A DNA stretch of 64,000 bases from Laetmonice hystrix (taxonomy: Eukaryota). The stretch's first letter is position 1. Every line of letters starts with the position of its first letter. The position numbers were made by a program, and so were the translations under genes. Under the pieces are notes generated by a model. It had not been told where the DNA came from and ran no database searches. It saw nothing but the letters and a program-made list of their open reading frames with translations. Location of the stretch: positions 19,034,001-19,098,000 of the forward strand of contig OZ249436.1 in the NCBI GenBank assembly GCA_965235115.1, given 5' to 3'. This document shows positions 13,046-28,212 of the stretch, piece after piece.

Positions 13046-16000
13046 TTAAGTTCTGACTGGCCAATTACTAAAATCTACATCTTGTATTGGCTACGATTCA
13101 TCGACTCGTTCCGTTGATATTCCAATATAACGGTTGAAGTGAACGGTTGGCCGCGCTCGGCGCCGAGGAAAGCCGAGAAGAGGAGCGGTAGGACTAATGA
13201 CCTGTTCCAGGCTCCGACAAGTGGACTCCGGCGGTACGACTTTATCGTTCGTCACGCCCTCTAGCGACAGCTGCGATACGCCCGTCAGCCCCACTTACCG
13301 CCGACATCAGTGGTGATGATCTACGAGCCCAGTATAGGTACCCAGAGCGCCATCTAACGGAGGGCGCCAATACTACAACGCCACTCCCCTGATTATAGGC
13401 GGGCACGAGTTGTAGAAATGAAACATTTTTACCCCTTCCAGAACTCGGCTTAATTTAATTTCTCCATTCTGTAAAAGCAGCACATCAAGTCCGCTTTCCC
13501 CGCCCATGACATCTTTATAAAGACGCCAATCCAACCTGTCCCTCAACCTTTGTCACAACCACAGCGTTTACAACGTAATTATTCGCGCACGACGGAAAGA
13601 TGGGGCTACTTTTTGTGGCCACGACTGAGGCAGAGACTTCCGATGGGAGTGGGCTGTAAACGTTCAGCGCATGCGCATGGACTATCTCTGATGTCATTAC
13701 CACATTATTACTTGTATATGCCAAACATTCTCACAGAATACCTTAAACTGTAGGATGACCAAAAACAATCATTCCTCCTTCACCTTTATGTAAATAACCT
13801 AAACTACCTGGTATGATGCCGTCAACAGTGTACCTTCTTCATTCCGTAACAGCACAGAAATACAAGGCTTTCTTTCCCATTTTTTCAGGACACATTCAGG
13901 ACCAACAGAGAAAAAAAACGGGCGCAGTACGTACCGCATCTCCTGTAAACACGCAGGAAATAATTCTTTCGGTGTGTGTCTTTGTTGTTAACTACGCCGC
14001 GAGGATTGGCCCCTTTCTTATGCAGCCGTCAACACAAGCTGACCCTGCCTTGTTTGCAGACAAGGTTCGTCTTGTATTTCGCCGTCGTTCGGCGTGGCCA
14101 GCGCGGGGCGCGCACCGCTGGTACATACATAACAGCGCCGCCTACCGGTACTGTAATTAACAACGAGGCAGCGCGGGAAGAGCCAACGTGTCGTCTGCTC
14201 CGCCGTGTCGTCATATCACGTCATGGTGCACTCCCGTGGAATGACTACATCATGCCGATCCGAGCTACACCGGCAGTAAGGTACATCGGGAACAGCACCT
14301 GTCCCTGAAGCTCGCTTTACTTAATCTTCTGGTTCGAATATGGGTAGATATATTTCCATAACGGATCAAGCTTACCAGGCATAGCACATTAGGATACCAT
14401 AATGGTTAACTGAGGGTCTAAGAAAGTCTATACAGTCCAGGGCATATCCAACCAAGCCATCTAGGCCTAAATCTTTTGAAAGCACTCCATTTAGGGGCGT
14501 GGTAATCAATGGCCTATGTGGCCAGGTAAAGAAAGTCAACTTTTTCGTTGTCTTGAAAAATGATGAGCTCGTATAAGTGTTGTCAGACAATATTGTCGAG
14601 AGAGGGCGCTGAGGAAGCACCCTCAAGTACACTGAGCGGGGATAGATGGCACTGCGATCGGAGATTTATGATTTAAACGGCAGGCTCCTGTCGCGGTACC
14701 TTGGCGTTTCATGGTAAGCGTATAGCACAAACAATACACAATGGTCCTGCTATGACGTCACATACGTCATCGCGGCAGGCGAACTTGACAATGGCGGCGT
14801 GCAAGTTTCAAACGCCGTTCAAATAACAAGGTTTCCCTCGAGGATGTCTTTAGGCGGTTTGGTAGGCCTATCCATCATCGATAAAACTCTATATAGATCG
14901 ACGCAGACAGAGACATATTGTGACAGCCATTGATGAGGAAACTCTCACTTTATGGGCCGGCAGTTGGTGAAAAAGTCCAAGAATGTGTGTTGAAACAGAA
15001 TACTTTACGTTTGGTTTGATTTGATAAAGTTACAAATGTTGAGAAGACGGACTAATAGGGGGTTCACACATTATCTACTTATAATATTATCATATATCAT
15101 GAATTTAAGTGGTATACGGTGGCATTGCGTTAATTTAAATGAAACTTTTAGGCAGGGCCTATAGGGCCTAATTGTGTCATTAGTGCACTTCACGAGCTAT
15201 CCCAACGGAATTTCCCATCAAATTGACGCCTTCCTTTTATCACAGTGACTGCCCAAAGGTATGGGTTCACCTAGAGAGTGTGAAACGTAAACCATCCTAG
15301 ATAAACTGGCTAACCTTGTATCCCTGACACAGTGGGCGCTGCATACATTATGTGTACATGCCAGGGTTATTGGACAGGTCTAACACCAGGCGACCAAGGC
15401 AAGGGGAGGCCAGGCCCGATTTCGACGCGTTGGGAGGTCTATAGCTGGTCTCTCCAAGTCTAATCTCGTCAAGACGGCCAGCTGAAGGATATTATGTTGA
15501 CCTTTGATTAGCGAACGGGATGTCATCACCGCGGCCCGGTCGTGTATGGACGGACGGGCAGACGGACGAGAACTACCTTGTGGGGGTCTGCATTGTGGGT
15601 TGACATCAACTGTACGTATGCATCATTGTGGGGTTACGTTTCTGAACGGACGGACGGACGTCTGGACCGACAGACCGGACCGGGCCTGTGGGCTGTCTTA
15701 CGAAGGTCTGCATGGTTATTAACCATTTATTATTAACCAGTTATTAACCATGGGGGCTCTAGCCCCCCCCAAGCCCCCCCCTTGTCTACGCCCTTGTATA
15801 GTTAAATTTACCTGGCCGTGAATGAGAGGCCTCTGGTTAATGGGATCGTTATTAACCAGAGACTCATGTATTGCTATTGAAGTTAAGACAGACCACTGCC
15901 CCTCACCCCCGGCATACCTCCATTGACATAAGACCAGCAGGAATGCACGCCAAATCTCCTTCAGCACTAACGGCACTTGGGACATGCAGGTTTTCGTGTC

Positions 16001-16403
16001 CCAATTGAATAATTTCTCTTTTGTCCGACTCACAATGGCTGTGCCCAGTTAACGAAGGCGATGGTCAGGAATTAGTGGCACCATGTGTTGGCAGTGTAGT
16101 CCCCGGCCCAGATTAGAAGAGCAATGTAAATTTGTCTCAGCTCGACTTAAGCCTACTTTGCTGCCTTCATTGGCAGAAATGAACATATCAGATGTCAACA
16201 TACTACCTTTGGAAAGAACGCGACCAACACAGACTCTACAAACATTATGTCGACACACTTGCGGCAAACACAATACATCACAAATAGTGATGCTTCGGAT
16301 AAGCGCATGGAAATTCATTTAAATAAACACCCCGAGGGGGCAGCGTGTACGTGTCGTTCGGCTTGGGTTGCGGTCCGCCCGGCGGCCGGTATATTGACTG
16401 TGC

Positions 16404-16417
16404 GCGCCACCTAGCGG
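16404..16417 (-). promoter_or_regulatory. CTCF-like consensus motif in a CpG-rich patch
   Basis: Reverse complement CCGCTAGGTGGCGC. Confidence 0.45.
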
Positions 16418-16576
16418 CAGCTCGGGCGACAGGAGCGCCGCGTTGACAGAGATGTGCGGAGGACGCGGACGCCGCGGCGTTGTGCGGCGTACCTTCCTCT
16501 CTCTCCTCTCACAGCGTCCCCCAGTCTCTGTGGCCAGTTTCACCAGCCTATACGCTGGCCAATAACTGACGGCGGA

Positions 16577-16657
16577 TTACACCTGTCAATCAATTACACC
16601 TGTCAATCAATTACACCTGTCAATCAATCACACCTGTGAATCAATCATGCACACCTG
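16577..16657. repeat. Short tandem repeat, 17-bp unit x ~4-5
   Basis: Unit ttacacctgtcaatcaa. Confidence 0.85.
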
Positions 16658-18254
16658 CTTTAAACAGTGTGAGATATTAGAGCGGGAAAGAGGCGCATCA
16701 AAATCACTCAATCTTTAATCTTCCTTGTGACTTGTGGATGCATGAATGGCGAAATTCACTGAATTCTATCCCGGGCAACCCTAGGGTAGGGATTATATAA
16801 ATGTATATTGAGCGGATAAAGTCAAAAACATGAATATTTGTGCTGTCAGGAGAAATGGATGGCCGTACCTTGTTTATTCCGTACTACACTGATTTGCTGA
16901 CACAAATGAAGACACAGGTCCCAGCATACATTTTGTGATGATCACCGCGATGTTTGGCCGTAAGGACTCCAAGCGCCGCTATATCCTAATATGGGTGTGT
17001 GTGGTACGACAAGATTCAATACAGAATAGAAAACACGTTCTAACAGTTCGCGAGGTGCCCACTGAATGCAATTAGCAACAAAACACAACGGCACTGCGCC
17101 CGTAAGAAACCGTACGTTACTAAACGAACTGCCGAACGTCGGACTTTAACGGACTTCAATCTGTGTCAAAAATTGAAATTTTATCCCGGTAACTCATGTT
17201 CCATTGGGAGACCCGCACACATTTCTATCACCTGGACAGTAAATCCAAGTCATTCTATATTTGTTAACGCCCGTGTGCAGTACACCAGGCGTCGTATCGT
17301 CGGTATTTCCGCGACCGCATTGAAAATCTATGCGCCAATCTCTGATTCGGAAACCTTCCTATACGGCGATAAGTATCGGGTTTCTTGATCTAGGCTGCCT
17401 TCCACATATCCCCGCCTTGGTCATGCTTGCTGCCGATACACACTACTTGAAACAGGACATCTCTCCTATCGATGTAGAGTTTCACTGTTTTCATGTGTTC
17501 AGTACGATTTATTAATTAATTAGTGTGTGTGCCTCCTGATGATATATACGGTGTTAACGAGCCCGGAGTATAGTTATATGTTATGGGGGTCTCGTGTATC
17601 ACCGGACAATAAAGCCATCAACTAATGCTAATTTCCATATACTACTCAGATTGTGTCGCCTTGGCGTTCAAACGTCGTCCTATTTTACAAGTGACGATTG
17701 TCTCCTCCAGGGACAGGAAAGATCAATCAGTGAGGTTGTGACCAAATCAGATACTGCCTAACTTAACACTTGGTGTTACTAATGACTGTCAACATGTTAA
17801 GTGGATAACTCGCTGACAGCAGTTTTAGCTGAGTGTGTGCTCTGACAGCAGCGCAGCATTAGGAGAACCAACCCCCCGAGCCACCGTCGGGGCGGCGGCA
17901 CCCACATCGACAATGTGCCTGATTTGATGCCCCTGCACACTCGAGACGCGCATGCGTTAGGCACACAGTGATGGCCGTTGCCATGTTGAGGATATTGTGA
18001 TAGAGCAGCGCTGGAACACAACGTTACGACCCTTTTCTCCTCCCTCTGCCCCCTCCATCTCGCCACCCCCCGCGGCGACACTGTGTGCGCTGGGTAAACT
18101 CGACACAAAGCCGTCATCTTGGCGAGGCTGTAACTCCTAACGGATTCAGGTGTAGTCGTCCACAATCTCAGCGGGCACTGTCTACCTGGGGACTGGGCGA
18201 GACAGCGCGCACCTGTACACAACATGGCCTGCCCCTCCCTCTCAACCTTTATGT

Positions 18255-18855
18255 CTGTCTGTCTCTAGGTACGTCTGTCTATGGCTGTGTCTGCCTGTCT
18301 GCCTCTGCCTGTCTCTGCCTGTCTGTCTATGTCTGTATCTGCCTCTCTGTCTCTGCCTGTCTGTCTCTACCTATCTATCCCTGCCTCTCTGTCTATGTCT
18401 GTATCTGCCTCTCTGTCTCTGTCTGCCTGTCTCTGCCTATCTATCTCTGCCTGTCTGTCTATGTCTGTGTCTGCCTGTCTGTCTCTGCCTGTTTGTGTCT
18501 GCCTGTCTGTATATGCCTGTGTTTGCCTGTCTGTCTCTTCCTGTCTGTGTCTGACTTTCTGTCTATGTCTGTGTCTGCCTGTCTGTCTGTCTAGACCTGT
18601 GTTTGCCGTTCTGTGTCTGCCTGTCTGTCTGTGTCTGTCTCTGCCTGTCTGTCTCTGACTATCTGTCTATGTCTGAGTCTGCCTGTCTGTGTCTGCCTGT
18701 CTGTCTCTGAGTGTCTGCTCTGCCTGTCTGTCTCTGCCTGTCGTCTATGTCTGTGTCTGCCTGTCTGTGTCTGCCTGTCTGTCTATGTCTGTGTCTGCCT
18801 GTCTGTGTCTGCCTATGTCTGTGTCTGCCTGTCTGTGTCTGCCTGAGTGTCTCTC
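18255..18855. repeat. Compound TGTC/TGCC/TATC microsatellite
   Basis: About 600 bp of ctgtctgtctctgcctgtctgtctatgt-type low-complexity sequence; explains the Cys/Leu/Val/Ser-rich ORFs. Confidence 0.95.
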
Positions 18856-19134
18856 TGGGGGCAGGACATTAGATCATCCTCCAGGTCAACACTGCGGTAA
18901 CCTCCAACCTGAATGGATTTCTTACCTGTCTCAATAGCAGGTCTCTACTAACGACAACAAATTTGTTACTGTGTTCCCATGTACATTTTTGAGATTTCTT
19001 TGATGCGAGCTTTATCTCAGATAGAGAATGATGGAGGACACTGCATCCCATTGACAGAGTAAACCAAGACGGTGGGGAAAAGTTTACAAACTGTACGAAA
19101 CATGTCCATAAACAGCATCTATTGTTACATGAAT

Positions 19135-19689
19135 GACTCTACAGCCGAATGGCGTGGGGACCCAGGCAGACCTGGGACTGACAGCCGAATGGTGTGGGGA
19201 CCCAGGCAGACCTGAGACTGACAGCCGAATGGAGTCGGGACCATGCAGGCAGACCTGAGACTGACAGTCGAATGGAGTGGGGACCCAGGCCGGCCTGAGA
19301 CTGACAGCCGAATGGAGTGGGGACCCAGGCAGACCTGGGACTGACAGCCAAATGGAGTGGGGACCCAGGCAGACCTGAGACTGACAGCCGAATGGCGTGG
19401 GGACCCAGGCAGACCTGGGACTGACAGCCGAATGGAGTGGGGACCCAGGCAGAACTGAGACTGACAGCCAAATGGAGTGGGGACCCAGGCAGACCTGGGA
19501 CTGACAGCCGAATGGAGTGGGGACCCAGGCAGACCTGAGACTGACAGCCGACTCGAGTGGGGGTCCAGGCAGACAGTAACATGAGACTGACAGCCGACTC
19601 GAGTGGGGATCCAGGCAGACATGAGACTGACAGCCGACTCGAGTGGGGGTCCAGGCAGACATGAGACTGACAGCCGAATGGAGTGGGGG
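19135..19689. repeat. Minisatellite, 40-bp unit x ~13-14
   Basis: Unit acagccgaatggagtggggacccaggcagacctgagactg. Confidence 0.95.
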
Positions 19690-20717
19690 TTTGATATATA
19701 GTTGCTAACCTCAAGTATGTCTGAACATTGGGGAACAGTCCGTCAAGAAGTCAGTTACCAGCAGCTATCCCACGACCGTTCTTACCAACCGATCACGGCA
19801 CACGGCTGGAAATAAACACCCTGGTGCCGGCCAACAGAATGATATCGACAGGAGGTACAACACAACACTAAATACCCGACACAGCAGTGAAATCGATGTG
19901 TGCCAATAACAACACGGATAGCATTCAACAGAAGGGATGTGGTGAAAACAAGCTGGAGTTGGTAATCCTATTATCTTTAACAATTACCTCATATACTTAT
20001 ATTTTTTTCCTATCCTGATTTTCCCCAATGTAGCCTACTTCATGAGGGCTTAGGACACAGAGGTGATAGACGCACGCACACAGCGCACACAACGCACACA
20101 TGCACGTCGGCTCTAAGCGTGTAGCTGTATTGTTGTACCATTCATCTCCACGTGTTGTCGTCGTGAATGCAAGGCAGTCGTTGAGTTTCCGTAATATTGT
20201 GGAAAACGGAAGTCTGCGTCATGTTTTCCGACCACAGTGGCCCCTATGGTCCTGACAGACCGTCAGCCCAGCTTGACCCCGGCATGACCCCGGCAGGGCC
20301 TGCGTCAGCAACGTTCCTTCCTTCATCTGACGTTTGGCCAATCAAACTTCAAAACACTTGTTTTATCCGAGCGTTCCGGCTCATATTGACAGCATCTATG
20401 GTGTACTCATGTTAAGCTATGAGTTTTGAATTACTTGGTTCTGTCGTTGAGTTTTTTGTTGACATCTAGAGACCCGACTCCCTGCAGAATGAGACATTAC
20501 GTCGTGTCGGTGTTACCAAACAACTATGACTTCACCGTCCCCAGCCAAAGCGAGCCGCTGCAGGACGTATCTCAAAATGTCACAGGAAATTAATTATCTT
20601 ATTATTCGACGACAGACTTCATGTATAGCCGCCACCAGGGATGTAATTGGATTGCCGCTACTAACTGGATTACCGTTGCCATGGAGATGCTCACGTCCAC
20701 CTGAGAACCAGAGTATG

Positions 20718-20783
20718 ATTGGTCCGCTGCCCTGACCACGTGACTGACCGCGCATGCCTTGTCTGTTGGTTACAAATGGCGGC
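20718..20783. promoter_or_regulatory. Compact promoter/enhancer-like motif cluster
   Basis: ATTGG (CCAAT box), CACGTGAC (E-box), GCGCATGC (NRF1-like) and AAATGGCGGC (YY1-like) within 66 bp. Confidence 0.35.
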
Positions 20784-21524
20784 CAGGTTTCGCTCAGGAC
20801 AAGCGCGCGAGGCTTGGCACCATCGTTTACAAATCAACAATCGGCGCTCAAGTCGGCGCCCATGCTGATGGTCACGTCGTTATAGCGCCTTCCCCCTACC
20901 AATAAACCTTGGACGCCCTCTTGCGGCCAACCTCTGTCAGACTAACAAGTATTTATAGCCACCAACCTCCAGCCTCACCGCCTTTAATCTGAGATTATGA
21001 TCTCAGTCTGAATACGCAGCATGAGCTGAATTATAACGCCGCCTAACCTGAGCTATACATTCTCACTAAGTTTTTGTTACTTGTACCCTATAAGAGGTCA
21101 CCTGACAAGGAACTGACTTACACAGGAGACGTCAAACTTATCTCCACCGTGCTACATGTCGGCCGGAGTCAGACCGAAGAGAAAGTTGTTCACAACTTCT
21201 ATCCTCCAGTAATCCGACATTTGTAACTGGCAGCTGCCGACCCTATAAACCCATAGCTAACCAAGAGGCCACCAAAACGTTATGTTCAGCAAAGGTTACA
21301 TCTCAAAAATGCTTAGTAAATGTTTGCTACAGCTGGAACTGTTCTACTTAGTTCTTGCGATCTCAGTAAAAGGGGCTAAAGGTTTACCCCGTATACAGAG
21401 TAAAAAGGGAAACATCTCTTTGAAACCAACTGTAAGGTAAAAGTTGGCGACAGTATACAAGTACCGGCGACAGAATTTTAACGTTCAATTACGGACTCCG
21501 TGTACGGGTGTACTACACCTGTCG

Positions 21525-21887
21525 CTACCCTCACGTCGGTTACTAACCCGCTCCTACCCTCACATCGGTTTGTTACTAACCCGCTCCTACCCTCACATCG
21601 GTTTGTTACTAACCCGCTCCTACCCTCACATCGGTTTGTTACACCCGCTCCTACCCTCACATCGGTTTGTTACTAACCCGCTCCTACCCTCACATCGGTT
21701 TGTTACTAACCCGCTCCTACCCTCACATCGGTTTGTTACTAACCCGCTCCTACCCTCACATCGGTTTGTTACTAACCCGCTCCTACCCTCACATCGGTTT
21801 GTTACTAACCCGCTCCTACCCTCACATCGGTTTGTTACTAACCCGCTCCTACCCTCACATCGGTTTGTTACTAACCCGCTCCTACCC
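21525..21887. repeat. Minisatellite, 33-bp unit x ~11
   Basis: Unit tactaacccgctcctaccctcacatcggtttgt. Confidence 0.95.
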
Positions 21888-22278
21888 GCAAGCCGGTTTA
21901 TTGGGGCCTCCGGTCGACAGGGGAAGTGATCTATTAGTAGTCGACTACACAGTGGAACAGATCAATCAAGGAAGCAATTGTCCGGTAATATTAGGCAGAA
22001 TAGGTCCCTCGGGCCACTGTAGAAGTGCTATACAGGTTCTACGGCTAATGCCTTGGCGTCGGTACAATTTCGTTTCATTTCCCGATAATTTCAACGTTCG
22101 GTACCAGGGTAATTCAAAATGGTGCATCGCTCTAAATGCTGGCTCTTCCAGTGCGGAGGAGTCAGTGCTGGTGATTCTACAGTTGGTACCTGCATATTCT
22201 AGTCACTTTACCGTTTTAAATTCTTCTACTCTCACGCATAGAAACCTCATCGTTTGAAAACAGTGTGAAAACAGCCTT

Positions 22279-22800
22279 GGGACGTTTTCTCCTAGTGTAC
22301 TTCACGGGACGTTTTCCTCTAGTGTACTTCACTTGAACGTTTTCCTCCAGTGTACTTCACGGGACGTTTTCCTCCAGTGTACTTCACGGGACGTTTTCCT
22401 CCAGTGTACTTCACGGGACGCTTTCCTCCAGTGTACTTCACGGGACGTTTTCCTCCAGTGTACTTCACGGGACGCTTTCCTCCAGTGTACTTCACGGGAC
22501 GTTTTTCTCCAGTGTACTTCACGGGACGCTTTCCTCCAGTGTACTTCACGGGACGCTTTCCTCCAGTGTACATCACGGGACGTTTTCCCCCAGTGTACTT
22601 CACGGGACGTTTTCCTCCAGTGTACCTCACGGGACGTTTTCCTCTAGTGTACTTCACTTGAACGTTTTCTTCCAGTGTACTTCATGGGACGTTTTCTTTT
22701 AGGGTACTAATTTACGGGAAATTTTCCTTTAGTGCACTCCAGGGGACGTTTTCCTCTGGTGTACTTCACAGGACGTTTTCCTCCAGTGTACCTCACGGGA
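22279..22800. repeat. Minisatellite, 27-bp unit x ~19
   Basis: Unit ccagtgtacttcacgggacgttttcct. Confidence 0.95.
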
Positions 22801-25800
22801 GGAAAATTATCCAGATCCCTTTTAGACCATGTATTCCCCGAGAAGCCGTGTTTTTTTCGGGGGAGGGGGGCGCCAAGGAACCGAATCAGCGCGAAGAGAC
22901 GGAATCTCCTCGAAGGTTATCGTATAATAAGGATAGCCCAGATCAATGATGTCATTGACCCACTTAAAGCTGTTAGAATCAATCAGCCGATCAGATCAAT
23001 TCTTTTCACAGTAACACAGATCTCTCACCGGGGGCTCAGTGGTGGCCCGGCCTAAATATTACATGGCGACAAGCCATCACTCTCCCCCGCGATCCTGTGG
23101 GTGTTGGGCGTGTGGGTGTGTGGGGGTGTGTGGGGGCGGGGTATACACCGAATCAGTGAAACGCGAGGGCGTTGCCAATGTCTTCCCTGTAGATAAAAAA
23201 TATCCAAAAAATCAAAGGATACTATCACGTTACAACGGTTAATGGAATATATACGTTATGAATAATAGAAGCTTCGCTTTGGCATTTCTAACCGTTCTCC
23301 TGTATTCACTAATACAAACTACAATCTGCTAACTACAATCCAGCATGAGTGGCATAGCCATCACAGACACAGCTCGTCTATATATTGTTACAAAGTAGTG
23401 CGGTATTTAATCATTCTATGATTATTCCCTAACAATCTGTCATATGATTTCATCAGAACACGTCGATAATTCAGTATCTTTCTCCCCTGCCGCCAGGTAG
23501 CGCTGGGAATACCTGTACACTACGCCACCGATTACAGGCTGACTGCCATCACGTGACCACCACGTCACTAGATATATATCTCGCCACAGCTCACGTTAGT
23601 GATGATAAAAGTCCGAGATTTCGAGGTCGTGTAATGGAGCCATTTGAGTGCGTTGTGACGTTTTGACGTCAGATGACTGTGGATGAACCAATCACAGCAG
23701 AGGCTAACATTGTGACGTTCTGACATGTATTTCCTGAACAATTCAAAATCTGAGAAATTCCAAAAGCATGCCGTTTAATGACATCTATACGCAGAAATAG
23801 AAAATCAGCTAGATAACTAGATAATGAAGTTATGACCGACTCTTCATTCTCTGGTATTTGTTGTCGTCATCACTCGACATGGAAACAATTCCTAAAGATA
23901 TATTTCCCTGGGAAGGATGGTAATAGCGAGCCGTGTATGTGGTCTTTGGACTCGCATTATTCACCCGTCAGGGGGCGCTGTCGGCTCACCTATACAATCT
24001 TACCACGCCCGCCACTCGTGCCGAATCACGTTGTCGATATTCCACGACTCGATGTCATTTTGCCACGCAAAAGTCACATTAGAAACCGTTTTTTCTTAAT
24101 CAAGTTGTGATGGAAAAATTGCCATCGGAATTAAATTCGGGAATCATTCTGGCCGTGCACGACTTGGCCGATTTACTGAGAGGATGTATCTTGGATGAGG
24201 GCAATGTGTGACCGGAGTGAGGGGAGGCCACCCACCGACAAACAGAGCTCACAACTTGGCTGCCAATAGATGATAAGCCTCGTTTCCAACCCAGGCGGCG
24301 CATGCGCAAGCGTTGTTCGAATTAAACTTGGCTGAGAGAGCCACAGCCGGAACAACTAATAAGGCAAACCCATCAGTGTCGCCTAGACGGCCAAGGGGGT
24401 CATACAGGCAAGTCAAGGCGGAATGTAAATTATACACGATTGTCGAGTACATACGTCTATCTACAAGCTTCCTGAAATCTTAGATTCAGGGCAAGTGTTG
24501 GAAGATCACAGCAGCACCGATCTGAGAGGACATGTTTTCACCAAACATCCCCTGACAATGCCCAGTACGGTAATGGCAAATAATGGAATAGATTTTCTTC
24601 CCCGACCAGGCGTGACCCAGATGAATAGATTAATAGAACGGAATTTATGCGTTTGCGCATGTCAGTAGAGTGGACGGAAATCCGGAGTTCAACTCTGCAA
24701 CTCAAGTATTGATCATGCGCAATGAACGTGTTGTGGCGTTCGACTGAACCAATCGATCGCCACAATAAAACTGGCGCTTGGCCAATCACAGGAGCTGTCA
24801 CCTGGCCGCGGCGGCTGGCGCAAAGGATGCCGGGCCATCGTCATACGTCAGCAGGCGGATGGTCTCTGTGATACTCGGCCGGCGAATAGGTCCGATCACA
24901 TTTCGTGAGGCAGACACCGACATTATATCGAGTAGGCAGCTACGTATCGACTGGTTCGGAGACAGCAGAAAGTAGCCAACTTTCTTTGGAATTCGTTTTC
25001 CCTCGCTATTGAAAAAAAATTCAATGAACCACTGATGTAGAAGCAAAGAAAAAGTCATGAACGTTTTAAATATAGTAGAAGGCGTCTTTATTCCTATGTG
25101 TATTCACGCCTCGGAGTCAAAATCCACGGACTGTCTTTCGGCTGTGTCGCGCACTGAGTGACTTTCTACCCACAATCCTTAGTGCCTTGTACATCAAGTG
25201 AACGTTTTTGCATGATCATCACAAAAACACGCCAGCATCCTCACAAAAAAACGTGTAATCACCAAAAGGACATTTCTCCATGCCTTGTGATAGACCACTT
25301 CCATTATACTATTCCACAAGTCGGCAAAACGACCAACTTACACAGAACTAAGTAATTGATTGAGTTCAGTACCACGACAAGGCGAGCACCGCTCCATTAT
25401 AGACAAAACAATGGAAATGATGATTGGCAATGATTGGTAATAATGATTGGTAATCACCGAACCGTGACAGGACGTGCACACAATTATCATCTCTTCTTGA
25501 TTGAAAGCGTTGGACTCACTGTTTGACTGACGCGACAATTAGTAATACTTCACGTCAAGTGCTTACTTTCCAATGACAGCGTCCGCCTGGAGGAGAAGGA
25601 GATTTCCCTTACCGGAGACTCCTAGTCTCTCTACTATCATTGCATTAATTACATAATCCACTGGAACGGATGACAGATAATAAGGTGTTTTAGCTCGGCT
25701 CCTGCATGACGAATTCAGAGTCAGACAGGGCTGTTAAGTTATAGTGACAGCCATTCAGGAGACGTGTTCTACAGGCGTGGATCCGGATATCTGACGAATG

Positions 25801-28162
25801 TTATCTCGAATACCATTGGATGCCCCCATTAAAATGTTTTCTACTTGCTATTCCCAAATGATGGTTCCTCTGGTAATAAAGTGAAAGATAAGAGACCTAT
25901 TACAATTGCGTCAGAGTAGCAAGTAGGACCCTTGCTTCATAATCACGCTATTGTCATTCACCGTCGCTGTGTAATTGGCGTAATTAGCCGCCTTGAGTCC
26001 GGGCTCTAGTCGCCACCCGCATGGCGCATGCGCTAAATGAGCAGACGACGGGGATGGTTCCGGTGAGCAGTACGAGCGTCCCGTCGGTGAGATCTTCTCC
26101 TGTACGGAGGGTAGTCAGGGAAGCCCTTCCCTCCACGACACGATTAACATTGGCGCCGCATGTAGATAGGTTAGAACTTAAGAGACTACTCAACATGGTA
26201 ATTTACACATTCATGACGTCATCTAGTAGACAGGACTATTTTAACAGGGCATTAACGTTCAATTTTCCTGGACGTGATTGCGAATTGCTCACAGAGGGCC
26301 AATCTTCAGAGGGTTGTGGGTTGGAAGGAGGGGCAGGATGGAAAAATAAGGGAGGAGCTACACTTAGAAATAAATGGTTGATTAAAGGTTTAATAAAGAA
26401 GTGATCTTTGTACGACTCATCTTTGTTCTCATTAAAAAGATACTGCCAAAAATAGGAAGGAGTTAACCGCCTGCATATAGAGGGTGTGTACCACTTTCGG
26501 GGGCATTCCCTCTGCTCTGGGATTTAACCTACATTAAGGACATGTCAGCCTCCTCAGGGTCGTCGAAAGGTCCTTGGTCAATCATAATCCTACCCCCACA
26601 GTCGTTTGATGTGTAACGCTGGCAAAAGAATCCTGATGAGCTTAATGACCGCCAGGGGTTTCATGTGACCATATAAGGACAGGCTGGGTGTACGCATGCG
26701 TTCGGTGTGGACACGTGATCAGGAAGGCCAGCTGATCGGGCCCCAGGTGGGTAAGGATCCAGTAATACAGGGTCAACTCCTCCAGGTCATCCGAGCCGGC
26801 ATTAATTGGATACCTCGAATACACCTTCACCTCAGGGCCAAGAAATTAGAATAATTTGCAGGAGATGAGAAACCACTCCTAACAGGTGGCCGCCCATGTA
26901 GATTAGATGAAGAGAGTTCAGAGACAATCTTGATTCGGTCGATGCCTATAGAAAGTTCTGTGGATTCCCACGGGAGGGCGCTGAAGAATCGGACATCTTG
27001 AGAGAAACAGCGTAATTATTTCTTTGTTGGCGAGAGGGAAAATTTGCGATAAACGTCTTTGCAGCAATCAGTGGAATCGTGTAGATTGGAAGCAAGAGGA
27101 CTTTGAAATTATTCTCCAATCGGGAGAGAAAATTGTGGGGTGCCAGATATTATTTACAAGAGAAATTCCTCTTTTGTTAATACCCAGCGACAGGGCGTAA
27201 ATATTTGAAGAGCAATTCTTTCTTAATCTCTGGATTACCCCGCGCCGTACAACCTACTAGAAGATTCCCCCTACAACCCCCCTGGTCTTTATTCACGTGA
27301 CCTTGCAGCCCTAAAGGTCACACCGAGCACACCCCGATCCTCTCACCCTGTCTGTCATCCCAGCATGCTCTGCGCGAAACGGCCGACCTCTTACAGGAAG
27401 CGGAAGTCTGGCGAGTTCAGGCTCGACCTTCGCCCATCGCCTTCCGGTCGGGCAGACTAAAGAGCTACTGGCTAATTTGATAAGTTTGACACGCAGTTTT
27501 CGGCCGTGCGTAAAATCATTCTTAGCTAGACGGTTAAATGGACGAGAGAGATGGGCCGGGCCGGCGAATAGCGTGACCAATCGAAGTTCATTAGCGTATG
27601 CTGGTCCCAATTTGTCCTCATATATATTACGTGGCAGACGGGGAGCCGCGCACATGTAGAAACATTCCGGGGTAGAGATCTGGCAGACAATGCCATTTCC
27701 GAGCGTCCCATTGTTGGCTGAAGTAAGGCGGAAACCAACGTCATGCCAATATTGACAGGAAGCACTTATTTATTAGATGTTTTCTCAGCGACAGAACACA
27801 TTCTGACGTGTTCCTGGAGCCCAAACAGTTTACATCTCCGCAGACATTTCCTGACCATAATGTGAGGCAAGGAAGGAGGTCTTGGCCTTCTGTATCGCCA
27901 AGGAAATCCCATGATCGGGTAGATACCCGACGGTAACAGATCCACGAAATGTCTTTGGTCAGAGTAGATTCTTGGACGGACCAAGTTAGCACAATTCTCC
28001 ATGGTTTTGGCAAAGATAGTATAGATAAAATAACAAAGATGACGCCTTATCTTCGAGGGGAGCTGATTTAAAGAAATAATTAAAGGCCACTGCCAGACTT
28101 TTCAGAACCCCATTAGTCCGGTTCTTACGTGGGCGGGTGTACACCCCTTTCTCCGCGCGGGG

Positions 28163-28212
28163 GCGGGTAGGGTGGGGGTGGGGGGTGGGGTGGGGGTGGG
28201 GGTGGGGGTGGA
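28163..28212 (+). repeat. G-run tract (potential G-quadruplex on + strand)
   Basis: gggcgggtagggtgggggtgggggtggggtgggggtgggggtgggggtgg. Confidence 0.7.

Noticed and set aside
19765-19983. Hydrophobic minus-strand ORF (SLLCRVFSVVLYLLSISFCWP) as the missing signal-peptide exon
   Set aside because: No in-frame ATG, and the nearby GTAAGA donor is phase 0, whereas the 4034 exon needs phase 1.
26642-26830. Protein-like minus-strand ORF (YSRYPINAGSDDLEELTLYYWILTHLGPDQ)
   Set aside because: No family recognised and no credible splice sites; it could be an unrecognised TE relic but cannot be supported without a search.
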